DNA of 32,000 nucleotides from Gemmata obscuriglobus. Its GTDB lineage: Bacteria > Planctomycetota > Planctomycetia > Gemmatales > Gemmataceae. Numbering within the stretch: position 1 is the stretch's first letter; every line of letters starts with the position of its first letter. The position numbers were made by a program, and so were the translations under genes. The notes under the pieces were generated by a model that did not search any database, was not told where the DNA came from, and saw nothing but the letters and a program-made list of their open reading frames with translations. Positions 1 to 8,873 of the stretch are shown here, one piece after another. The stretch is taken from positions 2,400,001 to 2,432,000 of the forward strand of contig NZ_CP042911.1 in assembly GCF_008065095.1 (NCBI RefSeq), written 5' to 3'.

Positions 1-520
1 GTACGGGGCGGCCGTCGCGCCCCTGCTCGAACCCGCACTCGCACGCCTCCTCGCGCCCGCGGGACGGGTCGCGTTACTGCTCGGACGCGGCGCGGGCAAG
101 TTCGCAGGTTCGTTCGGGGATCGGCACCCCGCACTGGCGCACCGGGTGACCGCGGTCGGGGGGCTGTCGGGCTCCGGCATCGCGGAACATTTCCACCGCT
201 GCGACATGCTACTTCAGCCGTACATTGATGGGCTCAGCTGCCGACGCGGAAGTGCGATGGCGGGGCTGGCGAACGGTATACCCGTGGTGTCGAACGCGGG
301 CGCGGCCACGGAAAGGATGTGGGCTGTTGAGGGGGCGGGATGTGTCGCGCTTGCGCCCTCTGCCAGTTCTGACGCCCTGGCGGCCGAGGCCGAGGCCCTG
401 ATCGCGCTGCCCGCCGGGGCGCGGGAGGGCGTCGGCCAGCGCGGTGCGGAACTGTATCACAAACGATTTAGTTTAGAGAATACGCTCGAAGTGCTTCGCG
501 GTCGCTCGGCGGCGGGATAA
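1..520 (+). CDS. Glycosyltransferase (GT1/GT4-type, GT-B fold), C-terminal part; the 5' end lies outside the window
   Basis: Frame 2 is open from nt 2 to TAA at 518-520. The translation (...RVALLLGRGAGKF...CDMLLQPYIDGLSCRRGSAMAGLANGIPVVSN...) looks like the C-terminal sugar-nucleotide-binding half of GT1-family enzymes. It is followed by four more GT genes on the same strand. Confidence 0.65.
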   Translation, partial: YGAAVAPLLEPALARLLAPAGRVALLLGRGAGKFAGSFGDRHPALAHRVTAVGGLSGSGIAEHFHRCDMLLQPYIDGLSCRRGSAMAGLANGIPVVSNAGAATERMWAVEGAGCVALAPSASSDALAAEAEALIALPAGAREGVGQRGAELYHKRFSLENTLEVLRGRSAAG

Positions 521-585
521 AGCCCGAGTCATGAGACGTTCGCTGGTACCGCGGCTGGCCGCGAACTGGCACTCCGCTGGTACAT

Positions 586-607
586 CGCTACCCACTCGCT
601 ACCCACT
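586..607. repeat. Perfect tandem duplication of the 11-mer CGCTACCCACT
   Basis: Read directly: cgctacccact at 586-596 and again at 597-607, in the spacer upstream of the GT gene at 786. Confidence 0.9.
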
Positions 608-628
608 AACGGCAGGGCATTTTCACAG

Positions 629-646
629 ACTGTTCGCGCGAACAGT
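629..646. promoter_or_regulatory. Perfect 18-bp palindrome ACTGTTCGC|GCGAACAGT; candidate operator for a dimeric regulator
   Basis: The palindrome is read directly and lies about 140 bp upstream of the ATG at 786 in a 265-bp spacer. The operator function is inference only. Confidence 0.35.
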
Positions 647-785
647 TCTAAACCAGTCGCGTGCCATCTGACGGTTGTGAGCGAACGCCTTGGGCGCCAC
701 TGCTGTTAGGCCGCTGCTACCCGTAACATCGACAGTAGCGGTAAAAAGCCGCAAGCGGCCCTGATGGGCTCCAGGTGGAGAGCGA

Positions 786-1949
786 ATGAAGGCCCGTCGT
801 TTGCTAACCGTTGGCCACTCGTACGTGGTGGCGCTAAATCGCCGGCTGGCGCACGAGATGGCCCTTGCCGGAAGAGGGACGTGGGAGGTGACCGCGGTCG
901 CCCCGAAATTCGTGTACGGTGACCTTCGGCAGATCGAATTGGAACCTTATCCAGGCGAGGCGTGCCGGCTGGAACCGGTCGCCGCGTACCTGTCTCGCTG
1001 GATTCACGTTATGGCCTACGGCCGGCGGGTGCGGGCGCTGCTACGCGAACCGTGGGATCTCGTTCACTGCTGGGGGGAGCCGTACACGCTTTCCGGCTTT
1101 CAGGTGGCCCGGTGGGCGCCCGCCGGGGCGCCGTTCGTGTTCTGGACCGCCCAGAACTTGGCAAAGCGGTACCCGTTGCCGTTCCGGTGGTTCGAGCGGT
1201 CCGTTCTGCGCCGGGCGGACGGCTGGCTCGCGTGCGGCCAGACAACGGTGGACGCACAGTTGGGACGCGACTCGGGCTACGACAGCAAGCCGCACCGGGT
1301 GATGCCGCTGGGCGTTGACCTTGATGTGTTTCGGCCGGATCCCGTGTCCGGTGCGGCCGTCCGCCGGCAACTCGGGTGGGACGTTAATGGCCCACCGGTG
1401 GTCGGGTACTTGGGGCGGTTCATCGGCGAGAAGGGGCTTCCGCTTCTGACCCGGGCGCTTGACATGCTCTCGGTTCCGTGGCGGGCGCTGTTCGTCGGGG
1501 GGGGGCCGCTCGAGATCGAACTGCGGACCTGGGGGCAGAAGTACGGTGACCGCGTCCGGGTGGTTACGGGGGTGCCGCACGATCGGGTGCCCGCGCACCT
1601 CGCCGCGATGGACGTACTGGCGGCGCCGAGCCAAACCACGCCGCGGTGGAAGGAGCAACTCGGTCGAATGCTGATCGAGGCGTTCGCGTGCGGGGTTGCG
1701 GTCGCCGGCAGCGATTCCGGTGAGATCCCGCACGTCATTGGCGACGCCGGGCGCGTGGTTCCCGAGGCCGACGAGGCGGCGTGGGCTGTGACACTGGCCG
1801 AACTGGTCGAAAACCGGAACGCGCGCGACGAACTGGCGGCCCGCGGGTTGGAGCGGGCTCGCACCGCGTTCGCCTGGCCGGTCGTTGCCGGTCAACACTT
1901 GGACTTTTTCAATGAGTTGCTCGATCGTTCCAGGTATAATCGCGGTTGA
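786..1949 (+). CDS. Glycosyltransferase family 4/1 (GT-B)
   Basis: 387-aa ORF. The N-terminus 'RRLLTVGHSYVVALNRRLAHEMA' and the C-terminal half 'VVGYLGRFIGEKGL...WRALFVGGGP...APSQTTPRWKEQLGRMLIEAFACGVAVAGSDSGEIPHVIGD' are typical of GT1-family EX7E-type sugar transferases. Confidence 0.85.
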   Translation: MKARRLLTVGHSYVVALNRRLAHEMALAGRGTWEVTAVAPKFVYGDLRQIELEPYPGEACRLEPVAAYLSRWIHVMAYGRRVRALLREPWDLVHCWGEPYTLSGFQVARWAPAGAPFVFWTAQNLAKRYPLPFRWFERSVLRRADGWLACGQTTVDAQLGRDSGYDSKPHRVMPLGVDLDVFRPDPVSGAAVRRQLGWDVNGPPVVGYLGRFIGEKGLPLLTRALDMLSVPWRALFVGGGPLEIELRTWGQKYGDRVRVVTGVPHDRVPAHLAAMDVLAAPSQTTPRWKEQLGRMLIEAFACGVAVAGSDSGEIPHVIGDAGRVVPEADEAAWAVTLAELVENRNARDELAARGLERARTAFAWPVVAGQHLDFFNELLDRSRYNRG

Positions 1950-2299
1950 TCAATTTTGCTGGTTGTATCGGGGCGATTGTCGTGTATGAGTGCCCGCGGA
2001 GTGGCGACCAGGCTACTGGGCCCTCTGTTGTGCGTGATTTCGCGACGGTGGTGCTCCAGATCGTGGCGCCAGCGCTCGCGGGTGCGTAGCCGCGCCGTTT
2101 TAGGTGGGCTGACGCGGAACTGCTCCTGAGCCCGCTCTGCGGGCCGAACGTGTCGTAATTGCGTCCATGGTTCGGGCGCACGATACTGACGCTTGACTCT
2201 GAGCGTTCGTGATACGGGCGCCCGCTCGGGCCGCTGCTGCGGTTTTAGATTCGCACATGCCGGACTGCCAACCGGCTTAATAAGACAAGTGGTGAGCGT

Positions 2300-3502
2300 G
2301 TGAGTGATGCTGCTGAAACGACTGTCGTCGCCCCTCCCCAGTTCGTGCGGGTAAAACGTCCCCGCCGGCTGCTCTCGCTCGCCCACTCCTACGTGGTCGG
2401 GATGAACCGCCGACTCGCGCACGAGATGTCCCGCGTCGGCGGGGGCTCGTGGGAAGTGGTCGCCGCGGCGCCGAAATACTTCGACGGCAGCGACCTCCGT
2501 CCGGTGCGGCTCGAACTCAGGGCCGACGAACCGTGCCGGGTCGTTCCACTGAACGCGTACTTCACCCGGCGGCCCCACCTGTTCCTGTACGGGCGGCAGC
2601 TCCGCAGCTTGCTGCGCGAGGGCTGGGACGCGGTTCACGCGTGGGAGGAGCCGTACATCCTTGCCGGGGGCGAGGTGGCGTGGTGGACCCCGCGCGACTC
2701 GGCCCTCGTGTTCCGCACCGCACAGAGTATCAACAAGACGTACCCGCTGCCGTTCTCGCTCGTCGAGCGGTACGCGATGCATAAAGCCGCGGGGTGGATC
2801 TGTAGCGGCTCACTGGTCGAGCAGACGTTGTCCGCCCGCCGGGGGTACGACAAGCCTCGCGCGCGCATCCCCCTGGGGGTCGACACGGAGGCGTTCCGGC
2901 CGGACCCAGAGGCGGGGCGGAACGTGCTTCAGAAACTCGGATGGGCGGGGGGGGCGCCAGTGATCGGCTACCTTGGCCGGTTCGTGCCGGACAAGGGGCT
3001 GAACCTGCTCACCGCCGCACTCGATGAGGTGCCCGGGGAGTGGCGCGCCTTGTTCGTCGGTGCGGGGCCGTCGGAATCGCAACTGCGCGAATGGGCTTCT
3101 AAATATGGCGATCGCGTCCGGATTTGCACGGACGTGACCCACGACTTTGTGCCGGCTTACCTGAACGCGATGACCGTCCTCTGCGCCCCCAGCCAGACAA
3201 TGCCGAACTGGAAAGAACAATTCGGGCGCATGGTCGTGGAGTCCTTCGCGGCCGGCGTGCCCTTCATCGGTAGCGACAGCGGTGAGATCCCGTTCGTCGT
3301 TCGTGACAGCGGTCTGATTGTCGGTGAGAAGGACGTTGCCGGTTGGGCACGCGCGATCGGAGAATTGATCGCGTCCCCAGGCCAACGCCGCGTTCTTGCA
3401 GACAAGGGGTTGCAGCGCACACGGGACGAGTTCGCTTGGCCGGTTGTGGCGCGGCAGTACCTCAACTTTTTCGAGCGCGTCCTTGCAGAGAAGCGGAATT
3501 AG
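2300..3502 (+). CDS. Glycosyltransferase family 4/1, tandem paralogue of 786..1949
   Basis: 400-aa ORF with a GTG start. It is colinear with the previous gene: 'RRLLSLAHSYVVGMNRRLAHEMS', 'VIGYLGRFVPDKGL', 'WRALFVGAGP', 'APSQTMPNWKEQFGRMVVESFAAGVPFIGSDSGEIPFVVRD'. Confidence 0.85.
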   Translation: MSDAAETTVVAPPQFVRVKRPRRLLSLAHSYVVGMNRRLAHEMSRVGGGSWEVVAAAPKYFDGSDLRPVRLELRADEPCRVVPLNAYFTRRPHLFLYGRQLRSLLREGWDAVHAWEEPYILAGGEVAWWTPRDSALVFRTAQSINKTYPLPFSLVERYAMHKAAGWICSGSLVEQTLSARRGYDKPRARIPLGVDTEAFRPDPEAGRNVLQKLGWAGGAPVIGYLGRFVPDKGLNLLTAALDEVPGEWRALFVGAGPSESQLREWASKYGDRVRICTDVTHDFVPAYLNAMTVLCAPSQTMPNWKEQFGRMVVESFAAGVPFIGSDSGEIPFVVRDSGLIVGEKDVAGWARAIGELIASPGQRRVLADKGLQRTRDEFAWPVVARQYLNFFERVLAEKRN

Positions 3503-3541
3503 GACCTTTGGGTAGGTCTTCCGTAACTTGCGTTTCCCAGG

Positions 3542-4705
3542 GTGTTTTGCGTGCCGCCAGAGCATTGTCCGATCGCCGTTAGCGCCGCGCGCCTCGGGGT
3601 CGTGCGTGACTTTCGCGCCGAAACGTGGCCCAGCATGGACCTGTGCGCGGACCAACTTCTCGCGCACCTCCCGGGCACGGCGCTAACGGCGACCGACCTC
3701 GAAACGCCGTTCGTGCGGCTGTTCCAGCGGTCACCGGTGGTGGGCCGCACGAACGCGGCATTTAATGTGGACCGGCTTGTCAACCGGCACCTGACGCTCC
3801 CACGGTTCTTGCGAACGCGCGCCCGCGAATTTGATCTCTTCCACATTGTCGACCACAGCTACGCGCACGCGACTCTGGCCCTCCCCCCCGGGCGCGCCGG
3901 TGTGTACTGCCACGACCTCGACGCGTTCCGATCACTACTCGAGCCGGCGCGCGAGCCGCGCCCGTGGTGGTTCCGGAGACTGGCCCGTCGCACCCTTCGC
4001 GGGATGCAGGCCGCCGCCGTGGTGTTTCACAATTCGCGCGAAGTGGGGCGTCAGCTCACCGATGCGGGGCTCGTGCCCGCGGAAAAATTGGTGCATGCGC
4101 CCCTCGGCGTGGCGCACGAGTTCGCGCCGGACGGCGGGTCGGTCGAACTGCCCGCGCCGGGCCTCCCGCCCGAACCGTTCCTGTTACACGTCGGCAGTCA
4201 CATTCCGCGGAAGCGCATCGACGTGCTGCTGGACGTGTTCGCCGCGGTGCTGAAGCGCCACCCGGACGTGCGCTTGGTGCAGGTCGGCCCGCCGTGGGCG
4301 CGGGCGTTCGCGGACCAGATCGAACGCCTCGGCACCGCCGGGCGCATCGTGCGGTTCGCGGGCCTGTCGCGCGAGCAGCTTGCGGAACTGTACCGCCGCG
4401 CCAGCGTGGTGCTGGTGCCGAGCGCAGCGGAAGGCTTCGGGCTGCCGGTGATCGAAGCGCTCGCCTGCGGTGCGGCGGTGGTCGCGAGCGACATCCCCGT
4501 CTTACGTGAGGTCGGCGGGGAGGCGGTCGCGTATCGGCCGGTCGCGGACGTGCCCGCATGGGCCGAAGCGGTTTCGCGTGTGTTAAACGGTACGGGCTTC
4601 GCGCCCCCGCGCGAGGACCGGCTGGCGCGCGCGGCGTTGTATTCGTGGCGCGAACACGCGCGGGTCATCGCGGACGCGTACCTGCGCCTGGCGGGGGGGG
4701 GCTGA
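3542..4705 (+). CDS. Glycosyltransferase family 1
   Basis: 387-aa ORF. 'FLLHVGSHIPRKRIDVLLDVFA...VLVPSAAEGFGLPVIEALACGAAVVASDIPVLREVGG' is the classic GT1 C-terminal motif. The exact (GTG) start is uncertain. Confidence 0.85.
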   Translation: MFCVPPEHCPIAVSAARLGVVRDFRAETWPSMDLCADQLLAHLPGTALTATDLETPFVRLFQRSPVVGRTNAAFNVDRLVNRHLTLPRFLRTRAREFDLFHIVDHSYAHATLALPPGRAGVYCHDLDAFRSLLEPAREPRPWWFRRLARRTLRGMQAAAVVFHNSREVGRQLTDAGLVPAEKLVHAPLGVAHEFAPDGGSVELPAPGLPPEPFLLHVGSHIPRKRIDVLLDVFAAVLKRHPDVRLVQVGPPWARAFADQIERLGTAGRIVRFAGLSREQLAELYRRASVVLVPSAAEGFGLPVIEALACGAAVVASDIPVLREVGGEAVAYRPVADVPAWAEAVSRVLNGTGFAPPREDRLARAALYSWREHARVIADAYLRLAGGG

Positions 4706-5928
4706 TGCGGGTGCTGTTTCTGAGCCCGGTGAGTACGCTCGGCGGGGCCGAGCGGGTGCTCATCACGGCCGTCGCCGGGGTCCGCCGCGCCGACCCGTCG
4801 GTTGCGGTGGGTGTGCTGACCGCGGGCGACGGCCCGTTGCTCGCCCAGGCGCGTGCGCTCGGGGCCGAAGTGGAGGCGGTTCCGGTCCCCGGCGCGCTGG
4901 CCCGGCTCGGCGACAGCCAGTTGCGGTCGGGTGGGAAATGGGCCGGCCGGCTGGCGCTGCTCGCGCGAACCGCGCTGGCCGCACCGGCCGGCGCGGGGTA
5001 CGTCGCGGCCCTTCGCGCTGCGGTTGCGAGATTCCGGCCCGATGTCGTTCACTCGAACGGCATCAAGACGCACCTGCTCTCCCGGTTCGCGGTCCCGCGC
5101 CGGGTGCCGGTGGTGTGGCACCTGCACGACTTTTACGGGCTGCGCCCGCTGGCGGCGAAACTGCTGCGGCGCGGGAGCGGGCGGGTGCGCGCCGGGGTGG
5201 CGATATCCGAGGCGGTCGCCGCCGACACCGCGAAGGCGCTGCCGGGCGTGCCGGTCCGCACCGCACTGAACGCGGTGGATTTGACCCGGTTCGAGCCGGG
5301 TGGCCGTAGCACCGACCTTGACGCGCTGGCCGGGGTGGCGCCCGCCCCGGCGGGCACGGTGCGCGTGGGACTGGTGGCCGCATACGCTCGCTGGAAGGGG
5401 CACCTCGCGTTCCTCGACGCCGCACAACAACTGGCACGCGAGGCGCCGAGCCTGCCGGTGCGGTGGTACATCGTCGGCGGTGCGATCTACGCGACCGCGG
5501 CGCAGTTCTCGGAAGCGGAGCTGCGCGCCGCCGCCGCGGAACGCGGGCTGGCGGACCGGGTCGCGTTCGTGCCGTTTCAGACCGATACGGCGGACGTGTA
5601 TCGGGCGCTCGACGTTATGGTCCACGCGTCCACGCTGCCCGAGCCGTTCGGGCTGACGGTCGCCGAAGCGATGGCGTGCGGCCGCGCGGTCGTGGTCTCT
5701 GCGGCGGGGGGAGCGGCCGAACTGTTTACCGACGGTGATGACGCACTGGGCGCCGCCCCCGGTGACGTGCCGGGAATCGCGGCGGCGGTGCGGCGCTTTG
5801 CCGAAAGTGCGGAACTGCGGTTGCGCCTCGGGGCGAACGCGCGGCGGACGGCCGAAGCGAAGTTCGACTCGCTGCGTTACGGCCCCCAACTGCTGCAAAT
5901 ATACCGCGAGGTGACCGGCCCGCAGTAG
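4705..5928 (+). CDS. Glycosyltransferase family 1
   Basis: The start is taken at ATG 4705-4707, which overlaps the upstream TGA (4703-4705). 'MRVLFLSPVSTLGGAERV' is a typical GT4 N-terminus, and 'HASTLPEPFGLTVAEAMACGRAVVVSAAGGAAELF' is the GT1 motif. The 4558 start in the ORF track would overlap the preceding gene. Confidence 0.85.
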   Translation: MRVLFLSPVSTLGGAERVLITAVAGVRRADPSVAVGVLTAGDGPLLAQARALGAEVEAVPVPGALARLGDSQLRSGGKWAGRLALLARTALAAPAGAGYVAALRAAVARFRPDVVHSNGIKTHLLSRFAVPRRVPVVWHLHDFYGLRPLAAKLLRRGSGRVRAGVAISEAVAADTAKALPGVPVRTALNAVDLTRFEPGGRSTDLDALAGVAPAPAGTVRVGLVAAYARWKGHLAFLDAAQQLAREAPSLPVRWYIVGGAIYATAAQFSEAELRAAAAERGLADRVAFVPFQTDTADVYRALDVMVHASTLPEPFGLTVAEAMACGRAVVVSAAGGAAELFTDGDDALGAAPGDVPGIAAAVRRFAESAELRLRLGANARRTAEAKFDSLRYGPQLLQIYREVTGPQ

Positions 5929-5997
5929 CGCTCTTCGGTGCCGGGAGCGCCTGCCGAGCAACTCGTGACCGGGTGCGAGTTGCCCGTGCCACCGATC

Positions 5998-7446
5998 TCA
6001 CCCTTCAAGTCCTTTCGGCATTTCGCCGCTGTAGCTGGCCCAGAGCGCGTCAACCGGGTGGGCGCACCACACGCCCGGTTCGAGCGCCTTCAAGTGCCGC
6101 GTGATCTGCATCAGGCACCCGACGTTGCCCGTGAACAGCGCCTTTGCGCCGGTGGCCGCGATGTTGGCCGTTTTTCGCTTCCCGAGCCGGTCGGCCATTT
6201 CGGGCTGTGTCAGGTTGTAGCTGCCCGCGGCCCCGCAGCACAGTTCGCTTTCCGCCAGTGGTATCAGTTCCAACCCCGGGATCATTTCTAGCAACTGTCG
6301 CGGTTGTTTGAAAATCTGCTGTGCGTGCCGGAGGTGGCAGGCGTCGTGGTAAGTGGCCCGGATGTTGAGCGGGTGTTTCGGTCGCACCGGGCCGAGTTCC
6401 ACGAGGAACTCGCTGACATCGCGGACCTTGCTCTGGAGCCGCGCCGCCGCTTCCGCGTGCGGCGTGGCGTGCATCATGTGGGCGTAGTCCTTGAGCTGGT
6501 ACCCGCACCCGGCCGCGTTGGTGATGATCGCATCGACATCTTTGAACGTCTCGGGGTTGGTCGCGCCGAAGGTATCGCAGTTCTGTGCCGCGAACTCCCG
6601 CGCCGGCCCTTCCTGTGCGGCGTGGTAGTGCAGCGCGCCGCAGCACCCCTGGTTCCGGGGGATCCACACCTCGCACCCGTTCGCCTGGAGCACCTTCGCC
6701 GTGGCGTAGTTCGTTTCGGGGTAGAGCGCGTCCGCGACGCAGCCCAAGAACAGCGCCACCCGCGCCCGCTTCGGGCCGATCGGCTCCAGCACCTCGGGGA
6801 GCTGTCCGTAGTGCGGTTTCAGGTCCGGGAGCATCCGCTTCATGTTGCGGAGCGACCCGGGCACCAGTTCCATGAGCCCGGTCTTTTCGGTGAGCCAGTC
6901 CAACCCGGTCCACTGCATCAGGCGGGCCGGGGCCAGCGACGCCCGGTTGCGCCACCGGTACGGGAACACGTGGAACAGCAGGAACTTCTGGACCGCGTTG
7001 AGCGACTGCACCTGCCGCTCGGGTTCGAGTTCGTTCATGAACTCGCGGAACGGCTCGATGAGGCGCCCGTACTGCACGCCCGACGGGCACGCGGTCTCGC
7101 ACGCCCGGCAGTTGAGGCACAGGTCGAGGTGCTGCTTCACGTCGCTGTCGAGCGCGAGCGTGCCGTCGATGACGCCCCGCATGAGGTAGATGCGCCCGCG
7201 GGGCGAGTCCGCCTCGTTCGCGGTTTCCATGTACGTGGGGCAGCTCGCGGTGCAGAGGCCGCAATGGACGCAGTCGAGAACGAGCTCGTAATCGACCCGC
7301 GGGCCATGCGAGCCGGTGCCGTGACCGTGCGGCGGGGCGGGGAGGGGGGCTCCGGTCGCGGTCGGGGCGGCGACGCTCGCGGAGAGGATTGGCAGCGCGG
7401 TCCGCTGCGCTTCGGAATCGGCCAGGTTGGGAGTGGGTGTGGCCAT
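5998..7446 (-). CDS. glcF: (Fe-S)-binding oxidoreductase, glycolate oxidase subunit GlcF-like
   Basis: Two ferredoxin-type clusters, 'CVHCGLCTASCPTY' and 'CLNCRACETACPSG', are followed by two CCG-type Cys-rich repeats ('GCCGALHYH', 'LCCGAAGSYN'). It lies directly downstream of a GlcE-like gene. Confidence 0.85.
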   Translation of the reverse strand: MATPTPNLADSEAQRTALPILSASVAAPTATGAPLPAPPHGHGTGSHGPRVDYELVLDCVHCGLCTASCPTYMETANEADSPRGRIYLMRGVIDGTLALDSDVKQHLDLCLNCRACETACPSGVQYGRLIEPFREFMNELEPERQVQSLNAVQKFLLFHVFPYRWRNRASLAPARLMQWTGLDWLTEKTGLMELVPGSLRNMKRMLPDLKPHYGQLPEVLEPIGPKRARVALFLGCVADALYPETNYATAKVLQANGCEVWIPRNQGCCGALHYHAAQEGPAREFAAQNCDTFGATNPETFKDVDAIITNAAGCGYQLKDYAHMMHATPHAEAAARLQSKVRDVSEFLVELGPVRPKHPLNIRATYHDACHLRHAQQIFKQPRQLLEMIPGLELIPLAESELCCGAAGSYNLTQPEMADRLGKRKTANIAATGAKALFTGNVGCLMQITRHLKALEPGVWCAHPVDALWASYSGEMPKGLEG

Positions 7447-7607
7447 GTCGTTCCGTGCGGGCTGGTGGGGGCTTTGAGGCCGGGGCGCCGGGCCGCGAAA
7501 TCCGTTACCGACTCGACCGCGGAGCGCCCGCGGCTCGCGGCGCGAGCGATCGGGCCGTGGGCGTCACCCTGGCCGGCCGGTTACGTGCCGGGTGTACACG
7601 AGCGGGC

Positions 7608-8786
7608 TCACACGTCGCCAAACAGGCGGCCGGGGTTGAACACGTTATCCGGGTCGAGCGTCTTCTTGATGTGCCGCATCAGCTCCCATCCGGGTGGCAC
7701 GGCGCCCCAGATCGGGAGCCCCTTTTTCTGCTCCGGCGGGCACCGGTGCAGCACCGCCCCGTCCGGCTGTGCTTCGTCCGAGTGAACCCAGATCACACCC
7801 GACAGCGCGTGCGCGTGAACGGCGGCTCCAGCGGGTTGCCGCGCCACCGCCTCCGCCACCTTGCTCGGCAGGACCGCGAGCTTCGCGATGAACCGCGAGC
7901 GCTGACGTCCTTGCAGCGCCGTCAGCGCGTCGAGAGCCGAAGTGTCGGGTAGCTCGGTCACGTGGCGGATGGGGGCGGACTTCAGCTCGTTCAACAGCGC
8001 CGCCGCCTGCCACCGCACCGTTGCCCCTTTCTCTTCGAAGCCGACAACGAACACCCAGGCGGCATCCGGTCCGGAGCTTGTGGCGCTGATCCCCGCCGTT
8101 CGCCACGCGGTCTGGTTTAACAGCTCGACCGCCACCGGTCGCGTCTTGCTCGCGGCAATCGTGTCGAGCACGCCCGCGAGCGAGTCGGTGTCGCAGCCGA
8201 ACATAACGGCCGCACTCGCCTCGGGCTTGGGCTTCACTTTCAAGGTGAGCTGCGTCACCACGCCGAGCGTGCCGAGCGCGCCGATTTGCAGCTTCATCAG
8301 ATCGTAGCCGGCCACGTTCTTCACCACGCGACCGCCGGCCTTCACCTCCACCCCGTCGTCCGTTACGAACGAGATGCCGATGACGTAGTCGCGGAGCGTG
8401 CCGTGCCCGAACCGGCGCGGGCCGCTCGCGTTGACCGCCACCGCGCCACCCAGGGTCGCCCTTTCGGGCGAAGGAACGTCGATCGGGAGCCACTGACCCT
8501 CTTTGGCCAGTTCCGCCCGGAGGGCCGCGAAGGTGGTGCCGGCGCGCGCCGTGATGGTCATGTCGCGGGCCGGGTAGTCGATCACGCCCGAAAGGGCCGT
8601 GGTGTCGCACGCGGCGCCCGGCTTGATCGGCGGCCGGCCGAAGTCGATGGCGGTGCGCCCGCCGACCGGGTACAGGCCGTGCTTCCGAGCGCGGGTGCGG
8701 GTGACCAGCGCACCCAACTCGGCGACGGTGCCGGGCCGTTCGACCGGGAGCGGATCGAACTCATCAATGCGGATGGAGTCGGCCAC
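7608..8786 (-). CDS. glcE: FAD-binding (PCMH-type) oxidoreductase, glycolate oxidase subunit GlcE-like
   Basis: 392 aa. 'PGTVAELGALV...LYPVGGRTAIDFG' and 'GGRVVKNVAGYDLMKLQIGALGTLGVVT' are FAD_binding_4 signatures. It is paired with the GlcF-like gene. Confidence 0.8.
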   Translation of the reverse strand: MADSIRIDEFDPLPVERPGTVAELGALVTRTRARKHGLYPVGGRTAIDFGRPPIKPGAACDTTALSGVIDYPARDMTITARAGTTFAALRAELAKEGQWLPIDVPSPERATLGGAVAVNASGPRRFGHGTLRDYVIGISFVTDDGVEVKAGGRVVKNVAGYDLMKLQIGALGTLGVVTQLTLKVKPKPEASAAVMFGCDTDSLAGVLDTIAASKTRPVAVELLNQTAWRTAGISATSSGPDAAWVFVVGFEEKGATVRWQAAALLNELKSAPIRHVTELPDTSALDALTALQGRQRSRFIAKLAVLPSKVAEAVARQPAGAAVHAHALSGVIWVHSDEAQPDGAVLHRCPPEQKKGLPIWGAVPPGWELMRHIKKTLDPDNVFNPGRLFGDV

Positions 8787-8873
8787 GGTTGCGGGGGGAG
8801 GGTGGTGGGGTGCAACCGTGGTGTTGTATGGACCTCGCGGCGGGACGTCGCTCCGCCGGTCCGGCGGAGCGGA

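Noticed and set aside
1950-2299. Possible IS/transposase remnant in the 350-bp spacer between the GT paralogues. Minus-strand frames read 'RERWRHDLEHHRREI' and 'ATIWSTTVAKS', vaguely like IS5-type N-termini.
   Set aside because: The similarity is too weak and is split across frames. No inverted repeats or DDE motifs are present, so I cannot support it from the sequence alone.
4198-5961. Very long antisense or alternative-frame ORFs across the window. Examples are 4198-5961(-), 6304-7785(+), 8286-9992(+), 10550-11698(-), 11613-15227(-), 14798-16159(-), 17249-18391(-), 20128-21474(-), 25625-26893(-), 27623-29173(+) and 29348-31447(-).
   Set aside because: Their translations are Arg/Pro/Gly/His-rich low-complexity strings with no recognisable motifs. 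Each is fully overlapped by an ORF with clear family signatures. Such shadow ORFs are expected at about 70% GC because stop codons are rare.
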